DNA of 39,906 nt from a virus. Taxonomy: Duplodnaviria; Caudoviricetes. Within the stretch, counting starts at the first letter, position 1. Every line of letters begins with the position of its first letter. The notes beneath the pieces were generated by a model. It was not told the DNA's origin and did no database searches. It worked only from the letters and a program-made list of their open reading frames with translations. The stretch lies in IMG/VR virus record IMGVR_UViG_3300030107_003716, positions 1 to 39,906 of that record; one strand, given 5' to 3'. The position numbers and the translations under genes were made by a program. Positions 15,246 to 26,600 of the stretch are shown here, piece after piece.

Positions 15246-15519
15246 CCATTATAACAAAGCCCTTAAAAAGAAAAAGAAAAAAAGAAAACTAAGAAAAATA
15301 AGTAATAAAAATAATGCTGGTTCTAAGATGATGGGTTCAACTGCTCAAACTATTGTTGCTGGTGTTACTGCAAATAAAGGTAAGAGTAGAAAACAAAGAT
15401 TGAAATTAGCTGGTAAAATGATGGTGGCTGGAGTCGCTGTTGACTTAGCTACTAGGGCTGGAGTAAAGGCTTATAATAAATATGTTGATAAAGTAAACAA
15501 AAAAAGAGGATATAAATAA
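15238..15519 (+). CDS. Highly basic small protein
   Basis: Poly-Lys/Arg N-terminus; GGAG RBS; between portal and scaffold. Confidence 0.55.
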   Translation: MPDHYNKALKKKKKKRKLRKISNKNNAGSKMMGSTAQTIVAGVTANKGKSRKQRLKLAGKMMVAGVAVDLATRAGVKAYNKYVDKVNKKRGYK

Positions 15520-15577
15520 AATGCCCGTTGGATACTTATGTTAACAACACAAAAATTTTAACATCATAGGAGATTAT

Positions 15578-16468
15578 ATGTCAGAAGATATATTAACTAG
15601 TTATAGTGGCGTAACCTTGACACCTGATGAGGTTGCTTCCTTAACTATTGACGAAAATTCCCCTATGGAGCAAGTGGGTGAGGAACAGACCCAAGAGCCA
15701 GAAGTCCAAAAAACGGACCAATCCGAGCAAGTAGAAACTGTACAAACAGAAGGCCAAGAAGAAAGTGTCAAAATTGACAGTCTAGAATTGAATGGGGAAA
15801 CCTATGAGATGTCTACGATTCAAGAAGCATTGGATGCACTAAAGAATAAAGAAGACTGGCAAAAGTCCAACACTGAAAAATCTCAATCCATCAGTGAGGA
15901 GAGGAAAGCTCTAGAAGCTGAACAATCTAAATGGAATGGGTTAAGAGATAATGAAGATGCAATTGAGGCATTGAAAGATGTACTCGATGAGGACCATCCG
16001 ATATTTTCTAAAGGCAAAGCGGAAGAGTTACCTAATCAGGACACGAAGGATGTAGATAGAATCCAGGAGTTGGAAGATAGGTTAAGCGAGTATGAAAAGG
16101 GCCAAGAACAGAAACAGTTGGAAGTAGAAGCCGACCAACAAGTTACTGCTGACCTTATGAAACTCAAGCAAAATCACCCTGAACTTGAAGACGAGAATTT
16201 AATGGATGAGGTTATCACCACAGCCATTGATAAAGGCTTTAATGGTCTTCAAGGATTAGAGGATGCTTTTGTTTTAGCTTATCATTCAGCGGCTGAAGAT
16301 AGTGCTTTTAAGACCGCAGTTAATCGAGTTCGAAATGCAAAAGCAATGAAGAGCGTTCCAGAGCCAGAAGGTGCTGTAAAGGGCCAACATGAAGAGCCAG
16401 TTAGAAAACCTAATAGCTATAAGGATGCTCGTAATGATGCATTGAAAAACTATAACTTTTTCGAATAA
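15578..16468 (+). CDS. Capsid scaffolding protein
   Basis: Acidic coiled-coil protein directly before the capsid gene; DWQKSNT..S motif. Confidence 0.75.
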   Translation: MSEDILTSYSGVTLTPDEVASLTIDENSPMEQVGEEQTQEPEVQKTDQSEQVETVQTEGQEESVKIDSLELNGETYEMSTIQEALDALKNKEDWQKSNTEKSQSISEERKALEAEQSKWNGLRDNEDAIEALKDVLDEDHPIFSKGKAEELPNQDTKDVDRIQELEDRLSEYEKGQEQKQLEVEADQQVTADLMKLKQNHPELEDENLMDEVITTAIDKGFNGLQGLEDAFVLAYHSAAEDSAFKTAVNRVRNAKAMKSVPEPEGAVKGQHEEPVRKPNSYKDARNDALKNYNFFE

Positions 16469-16480
16469 TAGGAAAATAAT

Positions 16481-17479
16481 ATGAGTATAAGTCCCGACAG
16501 TTTAACCGCTGTAACTAGAGACAAATTCATTCCTGTTCTCGTTGACAACATTTTTAACAGCAATATTTTAACACATAAGATGTTAAAAAGCTCTGAGCCA
16601 ACAGCCAGTGGTAACAAAGTGCTTCAGCCTATTGAGTATGCTAAGTCTGGTGCCAAGGGTTTTTACAGTGGTTATGATGTTCTAGATACAACTCCTCAAG
16701 AGTTGTTCACAGATGCAACATACGACTGGGTTCAGTGTCATGCTTCTATTACCTATTCAGGTAAAGAACAAGCGTTAAATAGTGGTGCTGAAAGGGTAGT
16801 CGATTTGATTTCTGCAAAAGTAAAAAATGCTGAGAAATCTCTTAAAGACCTTTTTGGTAGCCAGTTGTACAGTGATAACAGTGGTTCATCAGTATCAACC
16901 CCAGCCGATGCCGAGTCAGATGGCTTCGTTGGATTGCAACATATATGTGCAGTAGACCGTACCCTTGGTGGTATTAATTCTACTACATACACATGGTGGG
17001 ATTCTAATGTGAAAGCATTGTCTGGTACTCCAACATATGCAAACATGGTTGATTCAACCAATGCGGCATATGTCCCAAAAGTGATGCGAGAAATGTATGG
17101 TAATTGTTCTATTGATAACGATTCTCCAGACCTTATCGTAACCACTCAGGTAGTATTTGATGCTTATGAGGAAACATTGACTGCACAGAAGCGTTTTGCC
17201 GCTTCTAGTGAAGCTTTAGCTGATGCTGGTTTTAATAACCTTCTTTATAGAGGTACACCAGTCGTAGTTGATGACCATTGCCCAGATGGACATATGTATA
17301 TGCTGAATACGAAGTATATCAAATTCAGACATCATGGTTCAAGGAATTTCGCATTCCAGGGCTTTTCTAAACCCGTTAACCAAGATGCTTCAGTTGCACA
17401 TATCCTTTGGTTAGGTGCTTTAACTGTAAGTAATCCTAGAATGCTAGGCAAAGTTACTAACTTTGCTTCAGGCTATTAA
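16481..17479 (+). CDS. Major capsid protein (HK97 fold)
   Basis: 332 aa; PDLIVTT, AGFNNLLYRGTPVVVDDHCP and MYMLNT motifs; position. Confidence 0.9.
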   Translation: MSISPDSLTAVTRDKFIPVLVDNIFNSNILTHKMLKSSEPTASGNKVLQPIEYAKSGAKGFYSGYDVLDTTPQELFTDATYDWVQCHASITYSGKEQALNSGAERVVDLISAKVKNAEKSLKDLFGSQLYSDNSGSSVSTPADAESDGFVGLQHICAVDRTLGGINSTTYTWWDSNVKALSGTPTYANMVDSTNAAYVPKVMREMYGNCSIDNDSPDLIVTTQVVFDAYEETLTAQKRFAASSEALADAGFNNLLYRGTPVVVDDHCPDGHMYMLNTKYIKFRHHGSRNFAFQGFSKPVNQDASVAHILWLGALTVSNPRMLGKVTNFASGY

Positions 17480-17491
17480 TAGGGGGTAGAT

Positions 17492-17752
17492 ATGGCAATA
17501 GCACAAACACAAGCTGACAAAAAATCCGTAGGCATGGTATCAAAGGATGTTGGTGGTATATCAGTATTTTCAATAGGTGGAATTGATTTCGCTACTGGAA
17601 CTGGTGCCCCAACCGCTGGTGCTTCAGGAGACATGAAGGCGAGTCCTAAAGGTTCAATGTATTTGAACACGGCTCAACCTGACCTCTACTGTAAGACTAG
17701 TGCATCTGGTGACAATTGTGTATGGGAACTAGTTAGTGCCCAATCACTATAA
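17492..17752 (+). CDS. Putative capsid decoration / minor structural protein
   Basis: GTGAP...PKGSMYLNT...LYCK..W repeat-type motif; follows the capsid gene. Confidence 0.55.
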   Translation: MAIAQTQADKKSVGMVSKDVGGISVFSIGGIDFATGTGAPTAGASGDMKASPKGSMYLNTAQPDLYCKTSASGDNCVWELVSAQSL

Positions 17753-17806
17753 TACAGTTAAATAAGAGATAGAGTTAATCCCTGGTCCTGATGGGCCAGG
17801 GAACTC

Positions 17807-18463
17807 TTGAATGATATGACAAATACTGAAATGACAACCAAGCTAAATTTTCTCCTGGAAGATACTGGTGATGCTAATTTTTCAGGTGCATCAAAATTTA
17901 GTGCATTAAATACCGCCCAAAGAATGGTGGCTAATCTTTTACATGAGTCATATTTAACAGAACTAGAATATAAAGATACCGTTACTATTTCTGGTAGTAG
18001 TGGCTTAGTTACAATGGATGGAGCTTCCGCAAATAATAAATCAGCTAAGGTCCCTATTCGTAATAGTATAAGAAATTTTCAAACAGTGATAAGTGGTACT
18101 TATCGATATGCAATAAACATTCCTTTTTCGGATGTAAAAAAATTAGAAAATACCTACCTGGGTGCCGATATAGACAATCCAGTATTTTGGGTATTTGGTA
18201 ACAATCTACATTTTCGACCTATAACAAGTGTAACTAGTGTTGTGATTTATTATTTAATAGAACCAGCAGATATAGATGCAAATAATAGCTGTGTATTAAA
18301 TGTAGCACTACATGATATTGTAGTGGACCTAGCAGAATCAGAATTGTGGAGAATGGATAATAAATCAGATAGGTCTGCTCTAGCTAGGCAGTCCGCAATG
18401 GACCAAATAAAGATTTTAAATGATAGGTATGCAATTGAAGCACCTACGGGAGTAAATAAATGA
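17807..18463 (+). CDS. Head-tail adaptor / ring protein
   Basis: LNTAQ...HFRP...YYLIEP...HDIVVDLA pattern; position. Confidence 0.65.
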   Translation: MNDMTNTEMTTKLNFLLEDTGDANFSGASKFSALNTAQRMVANLLHESYLTELEYKDTVTISGSSGLVTMDGASANNKSAKVPIRNSIRNFQTVISGTYRYAINIPFSDVKKLENTYLGADIDNPVFWVFGNNLHFRPITSVTSVVIYYLIEPADIDANNSCVLNVALHDIVVDLAESELWRMDNKSDRSALARQSAMDQIKILNDRYAIEAPTGVNK

Positions 18464-19419
18464 CCTGGGATAAATTAATACAAAGAGCATTGGTCCCATT
18501 TGAGGGAAGGGCTGGTCAATTAGATAAGAGGGCTGGTTTATACATGGATGAAGCCCAGGAAGATTTTGCATTGCATACAAAGTGTTTTATAAAAAAGACA
18601 CATATGTACATCACAAATAATAAGACATATATTGACTTACCTACTGATTTTGTCGAAATAGCAGACCACCCAATTTTTCGTGGTAAGTGTCTGACAAAAT
18701 CTCCTAGCAATAGTTTTAATTATAGTAAGAATGTAGATACCAATCTTTTTAATACTGGCTCTGCTAGTGATTATTTTATTGAGAACAAGCGTTTGTATTT
18801 TTTACCAAGACCATCAACGGCTGGTATCTTAACACTTACTTATATTGCATCTCCAATTAGCCTAAGAACATCTTCAGGGTTAAAGCAGTTACGATTTGAT
18901 AATATTGTATCGGAATTCTTTGATGTTGGCGATGTGATTAAATCAAGGGTAGGTGGAAGTAATATTACAAATAGCCAGGCAACAGTAGAGAAGGTGGAGT
19001 ATGAAGACACGGTATCTGGTATACTAACACTATCTACTATTACAAATGGCTTTACAAATGATAATGAAGATTTTTTTGTTTCTGGTCCAGAATCGGCACA
19101 GTATGAAAGTACTTATGGGTCCAACTGGGAAAGCTTTAAAACAACCTGGAACAATTTAGGATTTGGTGGTATGGCAAAAACACAAGGGGTACAATTTGAC
19201 TATACAGATACAAAACCAGAAATACCAGATGTATATCATTACTTTTTAGTTGATTATGTAAAAGCAATGATAAACCAGGACTTGGGAAATAGCCAGGAGT
19301 TTCAAAATCATTTTAGTCTATATGTAGCTAACAGAGAAAAAGCCAGGGCCACTGTCGCAAATGCTGACCATGACCGTATGAGTTTTGTTGCTGATAGGTT
19401 GAGTGTTGGTGTTTTATAA
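18460..19419 (+). CDS. Second adaptor / ring protein with an internal insertion
   Basis: MDEAQ...DLPTDF...FLPRP...YIASP [insert] PEIPDVYHYFLVDY. Confidence 0.6.
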   Translation: MTWDKLIQRALVPFEGRAGQLDKRAGLYMDEAQEDFALHTKCFIKKTHMYITNNKTYIDLPTDFVEIADHPIFRGKCLTKSPSNSFNYSKNVDTNLFNTGSASDYFIENKRLYFLPRPSTAGILTLTYIASPISLRTSSGLKQLRFDNIVSEFFDVGDVIKSRVGGSNITNSQATVEKVEYEDTVSGILTLSTITNGFTNDNEDFFVSGPESAQYESTYGSNWESFKTTWNNLGFGGMAKTQGVQFDYTDTKPEIPDVYHYFLVDYVKAMINQDLGNSQEFQNHFSLYVANREKARATVANADHDRMSFVADRLSVGVL

Positions 19420-21728
19420 TGCTAATCGAAATCAAAGACTTTAAAGGATTCGCAACCAAAGCAGACCCAAATGATTTAGGTTTAGATTTTTCATTTAATA
19501 ATCAAAACTTTTTATTAGATACTCCAGGTGCATTAGTTAAAACAGAAGGTAGGGGTGGAGAAACCGCTGTAGCATCTGCACGGATGTCCTCATTATTATA
19601 CTGGTCCCCTTCTAATCTTAAAACAGATGGTACGGCTGTTAGTCCTATATGGATTGGTTATGATGCCCACAATGATATTTTAAGAATGATTACTTCTAAT
19701 TTTTCTTCTGCAAGTGATATAGGTACTGCATATGGTAGTAATAAGCCAGACAGCTTTGATTTACGGGACCATGGGATTGATTTTAGAATGGCTCCAGATA
19801 ATTTAAACCAGGTACCAAAGATTTTACAGTATATAGGAAGAAAATTCTTTGAGGGTGGGGTGACAGTAGATAATTATGTTTTTCAAGATGCGACACCAAG
19901 CCATCCTAGTGACAGTGAATTGCAATTAGATGCAGTTGAAGAAGTCTCTGTTGGTTCCGCATCTGGATTAGCACTAGGTAATGCCAGTGCATCTACAAGT
20001 TATAATTATAAGATATCTCCGATTTTTGATGGTTTCCAGGAGTTACCACTACAAGATAGTTATTTGAATTTAACATTAGCTACTGGATTAACTAAAGCTG
20101 GTAAAATTACTGTATCTTTTGCTAATCAAACTGCTGGTACTGGAACTGAGCCTAATAAAGTGTATGGGTTTAATCCTAGGATAACTAGTCTGAAGCTATA
20201 TCGAGAAACCGATAATAGCGGCCATTATTATGAAATAAAAGAAATCCCTATAAGTACATCTACTTCGGATGTAAATGTTGTTGCTGATGGTAGCGTAGAT
20301 AGTACTACTGCATTAAAAGGTGATGATTATGTTTATACTAGTACATTAATCGATGATGCGGATATGAGAGGTAATAGTGGAATATTTAGTATGCCAACGG
20401 TAACTCTTGGTTCAGACTATGCAAACCTTAGATATCAATGGTATGTTTTAATGGATAATGGTTCTGGAACACTTGATTCAATCAATAATCCAAATAATAG
20501 CCCAGCGGTATTTCAGGGTCCATTAGGGACTACAAGTGACAATAGAGAATTTACATTTTCTAGTGGGGGACCTTTGAACGATACAACATTTATGAATTTT
20601 GTAGCTAATGGAATTATGACGGTCTTAACAAATCCAAGTGAAGAGGATAGGGACCATAATTTTAACACAAAGACAAGAATAGCAAGGGTGCTGTACGGTC
20701 AGCCAGTAGGTGGTAGTGCGGCTATTTTAAATTCACCTAATACAACTGCGGATATTATAAATACAGTATGGCACGATAAAGCAATTATTTATAATATGGC
20801 TAATAGTAAACGATTTGGCCCAGGTGCGGCTAATGGCTATATCTCTGTTGACCATAGCGGTGGTGAGCATATAGTAATAGATAGCGTTGGTAAGGCTGTT
20901 AAATTAAATAACATAAGTACTTTTACCACGGGTCAAAATATTGACCTATTAAAAGATTATGTATTAACTATTGGTGCTAGTAAAACAAACATAGTTATTT
21001 ATGATATTGGATATTCAAATGGTTCTGTACAGCCTTATCCTGATGATTTGATTTTAAATACTAGATATAAGTACAGCCAAATGATTGGGGATAGGCTTTT
21101 TGTGGGTAATGTTAAATTGGACCCAAATGGTAATTCTGAGGACCATCCAGATTGGGTAGTGTATTCAGAGCCAAACCAGCCAGATATCTTACCCTCAATT
21201 AATTACATACAAATTAAGGACCAGCAAGGTGGGCACATCACTGGATTAAATAGGATATTGGATAACTTAGTAGTGTTTATGACCAGGGGAGTTTTTAGGC
21301 TAGATGTATCATCTGGTGACCCTTCATTATATACCTTAATGGAAGCGGATAAGAACCTGGGTTGTATTGCTCCAAAAGGAATCGTAAATGTAAAGGATAA
21401 TTTATTTTTCTGTGCCAGGGATAACATTTATCAAATTACACCAGATTTTAGATTTACTCCAATTACCTTACCAATAAAAGATATATATGAGGGGTCTGCA
21501 AATTTGGGGGATAGTATTCTTTTTTATGATATTAAGAAAAATAGGTTACTATGCAGATTCGGGTCTACAAAAACAACTTACTTTAGTTATGATTTAGAAA
21601 AGCAATCCTGGTACAGATATAAATTTACAGATAGCACTGCAAACTCAGGATATTCTGGACCTGATTTTTTTACTCACAACGATGAATTAAATGTATACAG
21701 TATTACTGTATATGATAAGAGTGAATAG
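19419..21728 (+). CDS. Tail nozzle / tubular protein B-like (P22 gp10-like)
   Basis: DRLFVGN, VVYSEP, ITGL and LGCIAP beta-propeller motifs; position. Confidence 0.7.
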   Translation: MLIEIKDFKGFATKADPNDLGLDFSFNNQNFLLDTPGALVKTEGRGGETAVASARMSSLLYWSPSNLKTDGTAVSPIWIGYDAHNDILRMITSNFSSASDIGTAYGSNKPDSFDLRDHGIDFRMAPDNLNQVPKILQYIGRKFFEGGVTVDNYVFQDATPSHPSDSELQLDAVEEVSVGSASGLALGNASASTSYNYKISPIFDGFQELPLQDSYLNLTLATGLTKAGKITVSFANQTAGTGTEPNKVYGFNPRITSLKLYRETDNSGHYYEIKEIPISTSTSDVNVVADGSVDSTTALKGDDYVYTSTLIDDADMRGNSGIFSMPTVTLGSDYANLRYQWYVLMDNGSGTLDSINNPNNSPAVFQGPLGTTSDNREFTFSSGGPLNDTTFMNFVANGIMTVLTNPSEEDRDHNFNTKTRIARVLYGQPVGGSAAILNSPNTTADIINTVWHDKAIIYNMANSKRFGPGAANGYISVDHSGGEHIVIDSVGKAVKLNNISTFTTGQNIDLLKDYVLTIGASKTNIVIYDIGYSNGSVQPYPDDLILNTRYKYSQMIGDRLFVGNVKLDPNGNSEDHPDWVVYSEPNQPDILPSINYIQIKDQQGGHITGLNRILDNLVVFMTRGVFRLDVSSGDPSLYTLMEADKNLGCIAPKGIVNVKDNLFFCARDNIYQITPDFRFTPITLPIKDIYEGSANLGDSILFYDIKKNRLLCRFGSTKTTYFSYDLEKQSWYRYKFTDSTANSGYSGPDFFTHNDELNVYSITVYDKSE

Positions 21729-21729
21729 T

Positions 21730-22104
21730 ATGGCGTATATCACATCAGTAAGAGAAGTAAATAGTAATGCAAGTGCAGAATCTGTCATTGGCATATATCA
21801 AACTGGAATTATTGATATTAGTAAATATGACAAACCAGCAATTATTAGAAGGATAAATCTGAATTATGAAAGCTATGCTGATATTACTTGTGAAGTATAT
21901 GGAGAGGGAAAAACTAGTGGGACTGCAATTTGCACTGTCACATTTCCAGCAAATAAATCTGGTGCTGGTTTGGATTCATCAAGAATTGTAAGTCGTAGGC
22001 CAGTAGCTGGAGCAAGGGCAAAAGCGATATCGGTGGTTTTAACAACACCAAATAGTAATGCATCAGTAATCATAAGAAAATTGGAGATAGAAATCGATGG
22101 CTAG
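21730..22104 (+). CDS. Tail protein resembling the C-terminal domain of nozzle proteins
   Basis: ATG 1 nt after the nozzle stop; beta-rich; TG.ID....K..IRRI pattern. Confidence 0.5.
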   Translation: MAYITSVREVNSNASAESVIGIYQTGIIDISKYDKPAIIRRINLNYESYADITCEVYGEGKTSGTAICTVTFPANKSGAGLDSSRIVSRRPVAGARAKAISVVLTTPNSNASVIIRKLEIEIDG

Positions 22105-22357
22105 AATAAAATTTACCAATCTTGAAGTAGATAAGAATGTAAGTCAAGTATCTAAATCAATTAAACAGAGACAGTCAAAAACTCGTATTACAGATGGTGT
22201 TGTATCACCAAGAGATATTGAGCGTGGAGAATTTGTATTCACTACAGTAAGAAAAGGTCAGGATGGTCCTTCTGGTCCAACTAATGACGAATCAAGAATT
22301 TATTTTAAAGACAATGACGGTAGCACATTTGTGTTTACTGGAACAAAGGTAGGATAG
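22097..22357 (+). CDS. Hypothetical structural protein
   Basis: GGAG RBS; overlaps the upstream gene. Confidence 0.6.
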   Translation: MARIKFTNLEVDKNVSQVSKSIKQRQSKTRITDGVVSPRDIERGEFVFTTVRKGQDGPSGPTNDESRIYFKDNDGSTFVFTGTKVG

Positions 22358-22361
22358 GATT

Positions 22362-22937
22362 ATGGACCCATATACTAGAGCATTAATGATGGCCGCACCA
22401 GGAATGGTTAAATCAATAGGTGGCTTATTTTCAAAACCCCCACAACAAAAAGTGGGTAACGATACGACCCAGTATTTAAATAAACTTAGAAATGTGAGTA
22501 AAGAAGGCTTGTATGGGCAAGATGTAAAAAATGAGGTTTCTACTGATATAGCACAAAGAAGCGATGACACACAAAATGCAATTAGGGCAAGTGCAATTAA
22601 GCAAGGTATAGAAAATAGTGGCGTAGTTGCACAGCAATTAATTAAAGAAGGTGGTAAAAGCACATTAACAGCGGCAAGAATGGCAAAAGAGATTGCTAAG
22701 GCAAATGAAGAATCAAAACTAAATGCTAGTAAAATGGCTTCTGAGGTAGGTCAAAGTATAGAGGACATTTATTATAATAATGCCTTAGCAAGGTTTAATC
22801 AGCGTAAAGAAGCTAAAGACTCTTTTTGGGATGCTGTAGGCACTGGCACAGAAGGGTATATAGCTGGAATGGATAAGAAGGCATATAGTAATATAGTTAA
22901 TGACAAAGATTTTTTACAGTGGCTATTAACTAGGTGA
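22362..22937 (+). CDS. Putative internal virion (ejection) protein
   Basis: Ala/Gly/Gln-rich helical protein in the podovirus ejection-gene position. Confidence 0.55.
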   Translation: MDPYTRALMMAAPGMVKSIGGLFSKPPQQKVGNDTTQYLNKLRNVSKEGLYGQDVKNEVSTDIAQRSDDTQNAIRASAIKQGIENSGVVAQQLIKEGGKSTLTAARMAKEIAKANEESKLNASKMASEVGQSIEDIYYNNALARFNQRKEAKDSFWDAVGTGTEGYIAGMDKKAYSNIVNDKDFLQWLLTR

Positions 22938-22944
22938 GGATAAA

Positions 22945-23664
22945 ATGAGTATAATAAATAAACTAAGTAGTAATCAGAGGGCCACATTTAACCAAGGTCA
23001 GTATCGTGAAACAGATATTGGCCTTCCTAAAAAAGAGATACCACCTGAGAAGCAAAAGAAGTTTGAAGAGTTTTATAATTCTTTACCAGCTAGTGAAAGA
23101 AATAAGCTAGATAGGATGATAAAGGCACAAAGGAAAGAAACCCAATCTAGTTTTGATAAAAATTATGAAGATATGCTAAAGCGTAATCGTGAACAGCGTA
23201 AAGAAAAAGCTGAGTTGGATTATAGAATTAAAAAAGATGCTCAAGATGCACAAGATAAAGCAGAGGCTAAACTATTAAAGGATAAAGAAGCGGCAAAGAA
23301 AAAACAAATATCTAAAGCAGAAAAAGACGAGACTAAAAGAGAGAACATGAAAATTGATTTAGATAAGATTGTTAAGGATGATGAACTTTTTAAAGTGGAA
23401 TTACAAAATGCGATAGATGAATATATAGATACTAAGACATATGGTCCTGATAAGCTTACAGAAGAGAATAATAAAGCTATAGCATCTCTAAAAGCTTCAC
23501 TTGAAAATAAACATAGGATTCAAAGGAATTACAATCTTATCAAAGCAGTTGAAGCCGCATTTAAAAAGTTTAACGGTGATGCTATGAAGGTAAGAGAATT
23601 TTTTAGGTCTAGAGGGCTAGAGAAAGATTTAGAATTAATCTTAAACAATATGCCTAGTCAATAA
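22945..23664 (+). CDS. Charged coiled-coil protein, putative ejection protein
   Basis: K/E-rich; coupled to the giant gene (TAATG). Confidence 0.55.
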   Translation: MSIINKLSSNQRATFNQGQYRETDIGLPKKEIPPEKQKKFEEFYNSLPASERNKLDRMIKAQRKETQSSFDKNYEDMLKRNREQRKEKAELDYRIKKDAQDAQDKAEAKLLKDKEAAKKKQISKAEKDETKRENMKIDLDKIVKDDELFKVELQNAIDEYIDTKTYGPDKLTEENNKAIASLKASLENKHRIQRNYNLIKAVEAAFKKFNGDAMKVREFFRSRGLEKDLELILNNMPSQ

Positions 23665-26600
23665 TGTCAGATTGGAGAACAGTATTATCTCAAAGCTTTA
23701 AGGATAATCCTATAGCAGAATCTAATAATCTAGATGATTCTGGAAATGATAAATCTATAGTTGATGTAATTCTTGAAGCTGAAAAAGACCCTAATATTCA
23801 TTTTGAGCCAGAGGACCAATACGGTTTACCAAAACAATTAAACACTATTACAAAGCTTAGAAAAGATGGCTGGGACAATTCCAGGATATTTAAGGCTATG
23901 GAATTGGAGACTGCTGAGCAAGATAAAGTTAGGAAGCCAGGTAGTTCGTTAGATACCCCCAAAGAAAAACCAAAACAAATTATAAAAAAAAATAAACGCT
24001 CTTTAGGTCAAAAGACAGCAGAGCAGTTTAGGCGTACAGCTACAAGTAGTAAGCTAGACCAAATGTATTTTCTATCTTTTACACAATCACCTGGCTCATT
24101 ACCATTAGAAGAGGTCCAGGAATTAATTGATGAATATGAAGAGATGGTAGAAAGGGACCCAATAGAAGCAGAGAATTGGGCTGAATATATAATGAATGCT
24201 ACGGGTGGTTTAGCTGGTACAATGGCAGAAGGTCTTAAAGCTGGTGTTCCTTGGGCAACCGCTGGTGCAACGGGAGCGGCAATGGTTGGAGCGGCTACTC
24301 CTATGATTCCAGATGAGTGGGCTACAGTGCCATTAAGTGCTGGTACTGGTATGGCAATTGGTTCTACAGTTTTTTGGACCCAGCAAGGCTCTGGTATGAT
24401 GCTACGAAATATGATAGATAGGGGTGTAGATGATAATACCGCACTTATGTTATCATCTTTAGGTGGTTTATTTTATGGTGCGATAGAACAAATGCAAGTT
24501 GGAAGGCTTATTCCAGAGGGTGTACAAAAAGAAGCAAACAAAGCTATTACGAATGGTGTAATTAAATTTGTTAAAAATGCTACTGATAGGTACGGTAAAG
24601 ATTGGGCACGAAATATAGCTGAGGAAGAATTACAGCTTGGGGTGGAAGTAATTACTACTGAATTAGGAGCAGTGTTAGAAGGTGTTGAAACAAGAGAAGC
24701 AAAAGATATTTGGGATGAAGCTGTAGAAACTGCTAAGCAAACAGCGGCTGGTTTATTACCAATGTATGGTGGAAAAGCGGCAGTCAATGTTGGGGTAGAT
24801 AAAGGACCAGCAACAATTGGTAAGATTGTGGGTAGCCTTGTTGATACTAGTAAGGAAATGGAATTACCTAGTAAAGTATCAAAAGAGGAAGCATTAACTG
24901 TAGAGTCCCAGGCCCAGCAAATCACTAATGATAAAGCAAATGATTTTAATATAGTATACAAAAAAGAAAATGATGGGTCTATGGAGATTTCGGAAGAAGA
25001 GCTATTAGCTACGGGATACAATATAGACCTTAATAAATTACCAGTATCAAGAGAGGATGAAAATGGAAACAAATTCTATGCAGTCAAAATTAAAGGCGAG
25101 ACAGATTCTCAAGGCAATATATCCATCAATAGCTCAGCGGATAGAAGCACACTTCTTGAAGAAACCGTTGAATCAAGACTTAAACAGCTCCAAAGGTCAA
25201 AAAATGCCGAAGACCAAGCCCTAGTTGAGCAAATCAGAATTTGGACCGATGCTGTTCGAAAAAAGGCTTCAGAACTGGGCCTAAATCTTCGTTTTGACGA
25301 GTCAGTCGAGGGTAACATTGAATTATTTTCAGATGCGATTTTATACACTGTTGGTGGCTTTAAAGGGCTATCGAAAGAATTTGAGGATACAATTTACATT
25401 CCTGAAGCACTTTCTAACGAATTTATAGCAAAATTCGGCAAAATGAGTGATGGTAGCAATGTTTTTGATATGCTGAAAGGTTCAGAGTCTGGAGTTACGG
25501 CCAAACGGGAATTTCAAAAAGGTGTAGATGAGGAAATTAAGTTTGAGAATTATATAAGGGATTCATTTGCCAGGCCGCCACCAGCCAAGCCTACTGCCAA
25601 ATCAAAGCTACAAAAGAAAACCAAACAAATGGTCCCAGGCGAAAATACAAAAACGCCATCTTTTAAAAATTGGTTTGGTGATTCTAAGGTATTAGATAAT
25701 AACAACCAACCCCTAGTTGTTTATCATGGGACCAATAAAGATTTTGATGAATTTAAAATAGGTGCTAATGAATCTGACCCAAAACAATTTGGATTTCATT
25801 TTGGTCCGCAAGAACAAGCAAATGCTAGAATTGATTCAGTTGTAAAGGCTGGAATAATGGCTAAGCGTGGAACAAATATAAAGCCAGTTTATTTATCCAT
25901 AAAAAATCCATTAAGGTTACCTGATTTAAGTCAGTGGACACCTTATCAAATTGGTGAAGCGTTAGATAGATATTATCCTGATTTATTTTTTGATTATGAG
26001 GGCGAGTCTCTTTTTGATGTATTAGCAGATTTCGAAGGTCAAGATAAGTATGATTATGATTCCGAAGCTATGGAATCTGACCAAATGGATTATGTAAGAA
26101 AGCTTATTCAATCTAAGGGTTATGATGGAGTGATTTACTCAAATCAGTATGAAGGGGAAAGCGGTATGCCATCCCCAATGTTTGGTCGACATATAGAGAC
26201 TATTAATGATTTAGGTAATAATTCATACATTGCTTTTAAACCAGAGCAAATCAAATCAGTATTCAATACAGACTTTGATGCTGGTTCTCCTACTTTTCAA
26301 TTAGAGCCAGGCGAAAATACTAAAACACCAGCATTTAAAAAATGGTTTGGTAAATCAGTGGTACAAAACGATGGTATTCCAGTTATGATGTATCATGGCT
26401 CCCCTTACAGTTTTGACAAATTTGCAACAGATAAAGATGGCTTAACTTGGTTTGGTGATGACCCAGAGATTGCAAATGTTTATGCGGAGCAAAGAGTAAG
26501 GGAGCTAGGAGAAGCGGATTATAGTGGTGCTGAGCAAGTATACCCAGTTTATTTAAAAGTTGAAAACCCACTTATATTAACTAAGGATTTAAATGATAAC

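Noticed and set aside
17779-17803. Terminator after the capsid and decoration genes (CCCTGGTCC-TGAT-GGGCCAGGG)
   Set aside because: Strong hairpin but no T tract and no complete hammerhead core; cannot be called beyond a stem-loop
24473-25072. Long antisense ORFs within structural genes (also 16753..17145, 31723..32133 and others)
   Set aside because: They shadow well-supported plus-strand genes, lack RBSs and show the Ser/Leu-rich composition typical of antisense frames
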